DNA from: Chloroflexota bacterium
GTDB taxonomy: Bacteria; Chloroflexota; UBA11872; VXOZ01
Length of the DNA: 64,000 bases
NCBI GenBank assembly: GCA_963662335.2
Contig: CAXXVD010000003.1
Coordinates: 480,001-544,000, forward strand
Direction: 5' to 3'
The notes under the pieces are model-generated. The model made no database searches and was not told the origin of the DNA. It was given only the letters and a program-made list of their open reading frames with translations. Both the position numbers and the translations under genes were made by a program. Below, piece after piece: positions 57,026 to 64,000 of this stretch (its first letter is position 1; each line of letters begins with the position of its first letter).

Positions 57026-58135
57026 ATGCAAAGACGGGTTCATTACTTTCCGCGTCGTCTGCCGTGGCGGCGGGCCCTCGTGGGCGCGGGTCTGGTTGTC
57101 CTCCTGCTGCTCACCTTCGTCGGCGGCGCGGCATGGTTCGTGAACCAGGGAGAAGAAGCGCCGCCGGAGCCGGCCGGCGCGGCCAGCCCCCCGGCGGTGG
57201 AGAAAGCCGATACCGGCGCCTCCGTACCCGAAAAGATCATAGAGAGCGCCCGCGCGGTAGGCGAAAAGCTCATCCCCGACTGGCCGGAATCCGAGCCCTT
57301 TAGTGTGCTCGTCATCGGCGTGGACACCCGCCAGTATGACGTTGGCGGCCGCGCCGACACCCTCATCGTGGTCACGATCGACCCGGAGAAGCAGGCCGCG
57401 CTGCTGATCTCTATCCCGCGCGACATGATGGCGCTGATTGCCGGCTATGAAGACCGGCGCATCAACGAACTCTTCGCCTACGGCGGCCCGGAACTTGTGC
57501 TAAAGTCGGCCGAGTACTTGCTGGGGATGCCAATCCAGTACTACCTCACCATCGACTTCGAAGGCTTCCGGCGCATGGTCGATACGTTGGGCGGCGTGAA
57601 GATCGACGTGAAGTACGACATCGAGGACTACAAGTTCCCCAACGCCGATGACACCGGCTTCGAGCCGTTCATCATCGCGCGCGGGGAGCACCACATGGAC
57701 GGCGATACCCTGCTCCGCTACGTGCGCACGCGCTGGGACGACCCCCGGGGCGACTTTGGCCGCATCGAGCGGCAGCAGCAGGCGCTGGTCGCGCTCAAGT
57801 CGCAGTTGCTGACCCATCAGACTTTCGGCAAGATTCACCTGCTCCTCGGTGAGTTCCAGGGCATGGTGGATACCAACTTTCCCATCTCGCCCCAGCGGGC
57901 GCTCGCGTTGGGCAAACTCGGTCTCGCCATCGAGCCGGAGCGCATCTATAGCAAGGTGATCGACTACGAGGGAAACCTGGTAGCGGACGTTGAACTGGAA
58001 TCAGGCGCGAAGGTGCTCAGGCCGAACCTGCCCGCTGTGCGCAGCATGATGGAGCGGAGCCTCGTTGCGATCGGGCAACTGGAACCGGTGGCGGGCCAGG
58101 AAGCCACGTTGCAGCAAGCGGACGTCGAACCCTAG
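57026..58135 (+). CDS. LCP (LytR-CpsA-Psr) family protein
   Basis: N-terminal TM; RADT, SIPRD, YVRTR..DFGRIERQQ. Confidence 0.92.
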   Translation: MQRRVHYFPRRLPWRRALVGAGLVVLLLLTFVGGAAWFVNQGEEAPPEPAGAASPPAVEKADTGASVPEKIIESARAVGEKLIPDWPESEPFSVLVIGVDTRQYDVGGRADTLIVVTIDPEKQAALLISIPRDMMALIAGYEDRRINELFAYGGPELVLKSAEYLLGMPIQYYLTIDFEGFRRMVDTLGGVKIDVKYDIEDYKFPNADDTGFEPFIIARGEHHMDGDTLLRYVRTRWDDPRGDFGRIERQQQALVALKSQLLTHQTFGKIHLLLGEFQGMVDTNFPISPQRALALGKLGLAIEPERIYSKVIDYEGNLVADVELESGAKVLRPNLPAVRSMMERSLVAIGQLEPVAGQEATLQQADVEP

Positions 58136-58255
58136 GCCGGTCGAAACGCGCGCCGGGGGCCGCCCGCGGCGGCGGCATGAATGCGCATGGCGTAGCGCGC
58201 CGCCGCGCTGGAAATCGCTACCGTCGCTTCAGTGAATGCGCAACAAGGGATAGCC

Positions 58256-59194
58256 ATGTCAGAAACGCCGCCGTTACCGCCCATGATCTACGACAACGTG
58301 AGCCAACTGATCGGCCGCACACCGCTGGTGCGCCTCAACCGCCTGCCGGGGCCGGACTCGGCAACGGTGCTCGCCAAGCTGGAGGCGCGGAACCCGGGCG
58401 GCAGCGTGAAAGACCGCATCGGCCTGGCCATGATCGAAGCGGCGGAGCGGGACGGCAAGCTGAAGCCCGGCGACACGGTGGTGGAGCCGACCAGCGGCAA
58501 CACGGGCATCGGGCTGGCGATTGCCTGCGCCGTGAAAGGCTACCGGCTCATGCTCACCATGCCGGAGGACATGAGCGTGGAGCGGCGCAAACTGCTGGCG
58601 CTGCTGGGCGCGGAGCTGGCGCTGACGCCGGCCGTGGAAGGCATGTCCGGCGCGGTCTACGCGGCGCAGGAACTGGTGCGCGAACACGGCTACTTCATGC
58701 CCCAGCAGTTCATGAATCCGGCGAACCCGGCCATCCACCGCGAAACCACGGCGCGGGAAATCTTGCACGATACGCAAGGCGCGCTGGACGCCGTGGTGGC
58801 GATGGTGGGCACCGGCGGCACGATTACGGGCATCGGCCAGGTGATGCGCGCGGAAGCGCCGCACGTGCAAGTGATCGCGGTGGAACCGGCGAAATCGGCG
58901 GTGCTTTCCGGCGGCCGGCCGGGCATTACGCGCATCCAGGGCACCGGCGCCGGTTTCGTGCCCGGCATTCTGGACCGCAGCGTGCTGGACGCGGTGCGCA
59001 CGGTGGAAGATGAAGAGGCGTTTGCGACGGCGGAGCGGCTGGCCAAGGCGGAAGGCATCCTGGCCGGCATCTCCGGCGGCGGCGCGGTGACGGTCGCCCT
59101 GGCCGTGGCGCAAGAGTTGGGCCCGGCTAAGACCGTGGTGACGCTCATCCCGGACGCCGGGGAACGCTACCTCTCGATGTGGGAGATAGAGTAG
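58256..59194 (+). CDS. cysK: Cysteine synthase A
   Basis: IGRTPLV, NPGGSVKDRI, EPTSGNTG, GTGGT, IQGTGAGF, ERYLS. Confidence 0.95.
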   Translation: MSETPPLPPMIYDNVSQLIGRTPLVRLNRLPGPDSATVLAKLEARNPGGSVKDRIGLAMIEAAERDGKLKPGDTVVEPTSGNTGIGLAIACAVKGYRLMLTMPEDMSVERRKLLALLGAELALTPAVEGMSGAVYAAQELVREHGYFMPQQFMNPANPAIHRETTAREILHDTQGALDAVVAMVGTGGTITGIGQVMRAEAPHVQVIAVEPAKSAVLSGGRPGITRIQGTGAGFVPGILDRSVLDAVRTVEDEEAFATAERLAKAEGILAGISGGGAVTVALAVAQELGPAKTVVTLIPDAGERYLSMWEIE

Positions 59195-59229
59195 CCGGCC
59201 CTTCGCCACCGGGTCGAGAGAGGACAACC

Positions 59230-59472
59230 GTAGCGCGGGGGCTTGTCCCCCGCCACCTACGCGGGCGGTGAAGATGGATTCCCGCGTTCGCGGGAATGAC
59301 GGAAAAGAGGCACTACTCGTGCCGCGCAGGGCTTGTCCCCCGCCACCTACGCGGGCGGTGAAGATGGGTACCCGCTTTCTCGGGAATGACGGAACGCGGG
59401 CCTTACTGCCGTACCGCGAGGGCTTGTCCCTAATGTTGTCGCATTGAAGTAGCGCGGGGGCTTGTCCCCCGC
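59230..59472. repeat. BIME-like tandem mosaic with about 90-bp period
   Basis: GCTTGTCCCCCGCCACCTACGCGGGCGGTGAAGATGG at 59241 and 59331, alternating with the GGGAATGACGG family. Confidence 0.85.
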
Positions 59473-59491
59473 CGCCGGTGGGCGCATCCCT

Positions 59492-60526
59492 TTACTCCGC
59501 CGGATGCAGCAGCATCTTGCCGAATTGCGCCCGCGCGGCCATGCGCCGGTGCGCCTCTTGCGCCTCCGCCAGCGGATAGACGGTATCGAGCACGGGATTC
59601 AGAATGCCGCGCGCGGCCAAATCAAGCACCTGTTGCAGATCCAGGCGGTTGCCGCCCATGCTGCCTAAGAGGCTCTGCTGGCGCGTGTAGAGATGGCCGA
59701 TGTCCACTGTGCCCGCGCGGCCCGTGGTCGCGCCGCACGTGACCAGCCGCCCGTTGCGCGCCAAGGAGCGGATGCTCTGCTCCCAGGTGGCCGCGCCCAC
59801 GTGCTCGAAGACCACGTCCACGCCGCGCCCGTTGGTGATGCGCTTCACCTCATCCGCCACGTTCGTTTCGCTGTAGTTGACCGTCTCTTCCGCGCCCAGT
59901 TCCCGCGCGCGCTCCAGCTTCTCCGTGCTGCCGGCGGTGGCAATCACGCGCCCGCCGAGAAAGCGCGCGATCTGCACGGCGTAAACGCCCACGCCGCTGC
60001 CGGCCGCCTGCACCAGCACCCATTCACCGGGTTCAACGCGCGTGCGCCGGTAGAGCATGTGCCAGGAGGTGATGGCGGCCAGGGTGAGCGCGGCCGCGTC
60101 ATCATACGAGAGGGCGTCCGGCATGGGCACGGCAATCGCGGCCGGCGCCGCGACGTACTCGGCGTAGCCGCCCTGGTTGGGCGCCGTGCCGATGATGTGG
60201 CCGTTGGCGCAGATGCTCTCCTCGCCCGCCAAGCAGAACTCACACGCGCCGCAGAAAGCCCACGGCGAGACCGCTACCCGTTGGCCCACGGCCACGTTCC
60301 GCGCCGCCGCGCCGGCCTGCACGACCTCGCCGGCAATCTCCGAGCCGGGAATGTGCGGCGGCTCGATGCCGGGCCGCGCGCCCGTGCGCAGCCAGATGTC
60401 CAGGTGGTTGACGCCCGAGGCGTGGATTTTGACAAGAACCTCATTTGCGGCGGGCTCCGGCGCGGGCACGGTATCGAGTTGCAGGGTTTCCGGGCCGCCG
60501 AAAGAATGAAAACGAACTGCGCGCAT
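59492..60526 (-). CDS. Zinc-binding MDR dehydrogenase/quinone reductase
   Basis: GVNHLD, PGSEIAG, CGACEFC..C, AAGSGVG, FGKMLL. Confidence 0.92.
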   Translation of the reverse strand: MRAVRFHSFGGPETLQLDTVPAPEPAANEVLVKIHASGVNHLDIWLRTGARPGIEPPHIPGSEIAGEVVQAGAAARNVAVGQRVAVSPWAFCGACEFCLAGEESICANGHIIGTAPNQGGYAEYVAAPAAIAVPMPDALSYDDAAALTLAAITSWHMLYRRTRVEPGEWVLVQAAGSGVGVYAVQIARFLGGRVIATAGSTEKLERARELGAEETVNYSETNVADEVKRITNGRGVDVVFEHVGAATWEQSIRSLARNGRLVTCGATTGRAGTVDIGHLYTRQQSLLGSMGGNRLDLQQVLDLAARGILNPVLDTVYPLAEAQEAHRRMAARAQFGKMLLHPAE

Positions 60527-60731
60527 GGAATCTTCTCCTGAGGAGCAACGGTATTGCGTGTCTATTCGTGCAGAGTACGCGGTGGTGGATTGCTCATTTC
60601 CGCTTCGCGCTTATGGTACCGCGTGCGCGAGCGGTGCGCATCCCGCCCAACCATGAGTGTCACCATGTCCTTGCCCGGGCTGCATGAGCGAATGCAGTGT
60701 GCGCTTCGCCTCTTTCCGTTCATGCTTCGAC

Positions 60732-60960
60732 AAGCTCAGCACGAACGGAAAGAGGCTTGGCGCGAATGGGAACGGCTCCAGCGCGAGTGGGCGGAAGTTC
60801 AGCACGAGCGGGCGGACGTTCAGCGCAAACGGCAGAAGTCCAGCACGAGTGGAGAGAAGCCCACAACGAGTGACAAGAGGCCCAGCGCGAGCGGAAAAAA
60901 GTCTACAACGAATGACAAGAGGCCCAGCGCGAGCGGAAATGAGTCCGAGCACGAACGAAG
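60732..60960 (+). repeat. Degenerate 21-bp tandem array, about 11 units
   Basis: Units such as AAGCTCAGCACGAACGGAAAG and AGGCCCAGCGCGAGCGGAAAA. Confidence 0.8.
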
Positions 60961-61093
60961 AGATGCGTGTTAGCCGTTCGCCCTGAGCGCCGTCGAAGGG
61001 TGAACGGCGGGCGGGCACAGCGGTGTGCTAGGCTTGCACGTGAGACTGACCGCAATTCGTCCCAGAACAGCAATCGCGCGCACGGAATCGCAC

Positions 61094-62269
61094 ATGGCCG
61101 ATGCCGTCACATTCAGCATCGAGGCAACGGACGGCGCGGCGCGCGCCGGCGCGTTGACCACGCCGCACGGTGTCGTCGCCACGCCCGCTTTCATGCCCGT
61201 GGCGACCCAGGCCAGCGTAAAGGCGCTCACGGCCGGTGAGGCGGGCGCGCTCGGCGCGGAGATGCTGCTGGCGAACACCTACCACCTGATGCTGCGGCCG
61301 GGCGCGGACCTGATGCGCCAACTGGGCGGCCTGCACCAATTCATGCGCTGGCCGGGGCCGCTGCTCACCGATAGCGGCGGCTATCAAGTCTACAGCTTGG
61401 CGCACCGGGTGGACGTGACCGACCAGGCGGTGACCTTCCGCTCGCACCTGGACGGCAGCGCGCACGCGCTCAGCCCGGAGCGGGCGGTGGTCGTGCAGGA
61501 AGCCCTGGGCGCGGACATCATCATGGCGCTCGACCACCTCATTGCCCAGCCGGCCGACTACGCCGCGGATGAAGCGGCGTTGGCGCGCACGCTCCACTGG
61601 GCCGCCCGCTGCCGGGACGCCCACCGGCGCGGCGACCAGGCGCTCTTCGGCATCGTGCAAGGCGGCCTGCACCTGGACCTGCGGGAGCGCGCTATCCGCG
61701 AACTGGAGGAGATCGGCTTTCCCGGCTATGGGATTGGCGGCCTGAGCGTGGGCGAGTCGAAAGCCGATATGTACGGGATGCTTGCCAAGCTGCACCCGCT
61801 CTTGCCGCAGGGCAAGCCCCGCTATCTGATGGGCGTCGGCGCGCCGGAAGACCTGCTGGAGGCGATTGGCGCCGGCGTGGACCTCTTCGACTGCGTCTTG
61901 CCCACGCGCCTCGCCCGCCACGGCGCGCTCTTTGCGCCTACCGGCCGCGTGAACATCCGCAAAGCCGCCTACCGCGCGCAGGAAACGCCCATTGACCCCG
62001 CGTGCGATTGCCCCGCCTGCACGCACTACAGCGCCGCCTACGTGCACCACCTCTGCCGCAGCGGTGAGTTGCTCTACCACCGCTTGGCCACGCTCCACAA
62101 CCTGCGCTTCATCTTCCGCCTCCTGGAGCAGGCGCGCGCCGCCATCCGGCAGCAACGCTTCGGCGCGTTCAAGGATGAATTTCTCGCACAATACACGCCC
62201 GCCGCCGAGGCCGTGCGCGTGGCACAGCGCCGCAAGTGGCAGGCGCGCCGCGCGGCGCAGAAATCCTAG
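61094..62269 (+). CDS. tgt: tRNA-guanine transglycosylase
   Basis: TPAFMPVAT, LANTYHL, TDSGGYQ, GIVQGG, RYLMGVG, FDCVLPTR, CDCPAC. Confidence 0.96.
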   Translation: MADAVTFSIEATDGAARAGALTTPHGVVATPAFMPVATQASVKALTAGEAGALGAEMLLANTYHLMLRPGADLMRQLGGLHQFMRWPGPLLTDSGGYQVYSLAHRVDVTDQAVTFRSHLDGSAHALSPERAVVVQEALGADIIMALDHLIAQPADYAADEAALARTLHWAARCRDAHRRGDQALFGIVQGGLHLDLRERAIRELEEIGFPGYGIGGLSVGESKADMYGMLAKLHPLLPQGKPRYLMGVGAPEDLLEAIGAGVDLFDCVLPTRLARHGALFAPTGRVNIRKAAYRAQETPIDPACDCPACTHYSAAYVHHLCRSGELLYHRLATLHNLRFIFRLLEQARAAIRQQRFGAFKDEFLAQYTPAAEAVRVAQRRKWQARRAAQKS

Positions 62270-62361
62270 ACACAGAAGTCCCAGACGTAGGACTCCAAGG
62301 CGCAGAATTGCCAGGCGCGAAAATCATGCGCGCACAGACATTCCCTCTCCTGGGGAGAGGG

Positions 62362-63819
62362 TTAGGGTGAGGGCGGTTCCCAGCGCAGGTTGGGACGCCG
62401 CGCGGCGGTGGTCTCGTCCAGGCGGCGCACGGGGGCGGAGACCGGGGCCTCTTTCAGCTTCTCCGGCGTCGTTTGCGCCTCTTCCGCGATTGCCAGGAGC
62501 GCGTCGATGAACTCATCAAGGGTATCCTTGTTCTCGGTTTCCGTCGGCTCGATCATCAGCGCTTCCGGCACGATCAGCGGGAAGTAGACCGTTGACGGGT
62601 GGAAGCCGTAGTCGATCATGCGCTTGGCCACGTCCAGCGTGCGCACGCCCTCGGCCTTTTCTTTCAGTCCCGCAAAGACCACCTCGTGCATGCAGGTGCG
62701 GTCGTAGCGCAGGGCGTAGGCGTCGCGCAGGCGCTCTTTAAGGTAATTCCCGTTCAGGACGGCGTATTCGCCGGCGCGCTCGATACCCTCGCCGCCCAGG
62801 GTGCGGATGTAGGTGTAGGCGCGCACCTGATTGAGGAAGTTGCCGTAGAACGAGTGGATGCGGCCGATGCTGTCGGGACGGTCGTAGTCCCAAGCGTACG
62901 CGCCGTCTTCCTCGCGCACCAGCGGCACCGGCAGGTAGGGTTCCAGGGTTTCGTTCACGCAGGTCGCGCCCGCGCCGGGGCCGCCGCCGCCGTGGGGCGT
63001 GGTAAAGGTCTTGTGCAGGTTCAGGTGGAGCACGTCCAGCCCCAGGGCGGCCGGCTGCACCGCGCCCAGCAGCGCGTTCATGTTCGCGCCGTCGCAGTAG
63101 ACCAGCGCGCCCACGTCGTGGGCCATGCGGCAGATCTCCACGATGTCCTGCTCGAAGAGGCCGAGCGTATTCGGCACGGTGAGCATCAGGCCCGCCACGT
63201 CCTCGTCCAGCAGCCCGGCCAGCGCGTCCATGTCCACCGTGCCCCGCGCGCTGGACGGCACCTCAATTGAGTCGTAGCCGCACATAGCGGCGGTGGCCGG
63301 ATTGGTGCCGTGGGCGGAATCGGGAATGATCATCTTGCGGCGCGGATTGCCCTGCTTGACGTGGTGCGCCCGCATCATTAGCACGCCGCAGAGTTCGCCG
63401 TGCGCGCCGGCCGCCGGTTGCAGCGAGCAGTTGGCGTAGCCGGTTATTTTCATAATTGCTTGGGAGAGATGGTAAATGAGTGAGAGCGCCCCCTGGATGG
63501 TGCTCTCCGGCTGGTGCGGATGGATGAACGAGAAGCCCGGCAGACCGGCGGTGGCGTCGTTCACCTTGGGGTTGTACTTCATGGTGCAGGAGCCGAGCGG
63601 GTAGAAGCCGTGCTCAATGCTGTAGTTGCGCTGGGAAAGGCGGGTGAAGTGGCGCACCACGTCGAGTTCCGACGCTTCCGGCAGCGGCAGGTCGTCGCGC
63701 CGCCAGTGCGCGGGCACGGCTTCTTCAAGCGCAACGTCCGGCACGTCGCTCTCCGGCAGCGAGTAGCCGCGGCGGCCGGGCGAACTGCGCTCGAAGATGA
63801 GGGGTTCGTCGAATTGCAT
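62362..63819 (-). CDS. gcvPB: Glycine dehydrogenase subunit 2
   Basis: YPLGSCTMKYNP, QPAAGAHGE, AHGTNPA, HLNLHKTFTTPHGGGGPG. Confidence 0.96.
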   Translation of the reverse strand: MQFDEPLIFERSSPGRRGYSLPESDVPDVALEEAVPAHWRRDDLPLPEASELDVVRHFTRLSQRNYSIEHGFYPLGSCTMKYNPKVNDATAGLPGFSFIHPHQPESTIQGALSLIYHLSQAIMKITGYANCSLQPAAGAHGELCGVLMMRAHHVKQGNPRRKMIIPDSAHGTNPATAAMCGYDSIEVPSSARGTVDMDALAGLLDEDVAGLMLTVPNTLGLFEQDIVEICRMAHDVGALVYCDGANMNALLGAVQPAALGLDVLHLNLHKTFTTPHGGGGPGAGATCVNETLEPYLPVPLVREEDGAYAWDYDRPDSIGRIHSFYGNFLNQVRAYTYIRTLGGEGIERAGEYAVLNGNYLKERLRDAYALRYDRTCMHEVVFAGLKEKAEGVRTLDVAKRMIDYGFHPSTVYFPLIVPEALMIEPTETENKDTLDEFIDALLAIAEEAQTTPEKLKEAPVSAPVRRLDETTAARRPNLRWEPPSP

Positions 63820-63905
63820 CTTTGCTCTTTCTGCTTGCTTCGGTGCAATGGCGCTCGTGTGATAGTAGTCATGCGGCCGGCGGTCTGTGCTGCCGCTATC
63901 GCTCT

Positions 63906-64000
63906 CTAGTTTGCGAATTCTCGCAGCGCCGCGACCAGGCGGTCGATGTCTTCTCGTGTATTGAGTTCCGTCACGCAGACCAGCATGTGGCGGTCGAGTT
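63906..64000 (-). CDS. gcvPA: Glycine dehydrogenase subunit 1, C-terminus (partial)
   Basis: LDRHMLVCVTELNTREDIDRLVAAL*; directly upstream of gcvPB. Confidence 0.85.
   Translation of the reverse strand, partial: LDRHMLVCVTELNTREDIDRLVAALREFAN

Noticed and set aside
59230-59472. Possible mini-CRISPR
   Set aside because: Units are the REP families found across the window, and the intervening sequences are themselves repeated
60732-60960. Possible CRISPR array
   Set aside because: Contiguous degenerate 21-mers without unique spacers, and no cas genes

Overview
GC-rich bacterial chromosomal window. The gene content (Tat-lipoprotein solute-binding proteins, sulfatases, an LCP protein, tandem catabolic paralogues) suggests a Chloroflexota-like heterotroph, but this is inference. 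About 50 CDS: housekeeping (argJ, cysK, tgt, gcvPA/PB, class I aldolase, PduO-type adenosyltransferase, MMSDH), carbon/sulfur catabolism (3 sulfatases, 2 enolase-family dehydratases, 2 amidohydrolases, 4 orphan SBPs), a Btu/Fec-type ABC transporter, tRNA-Arg(CCT), tRNA-Thr(TGT), two IS remnants and at least six families of REP-like palindromes. No CRISPR array or prophage was seen. Most notable: (1) two diverged copies of a coupled small-protein + retropepsin-like protease module; (2) an erm-like rRNA methylase with no SD, whose GTG start lies inside an R-V-R motif of an overlapping out-of-frame leader ORF; (3) an intact glx/mgsABC-like operon with its catalytic residues replaced; (4) a standalone ~145-nt structured transcript with a 12-nt match to the anti-SD; (5) tandem NrdR-like boxes over a promoter facing tRNA-Arg and the Btu-like transporter; (6) a Thr-type sulfatase. 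Family assignments come from motif recognition by eye, not database searches.
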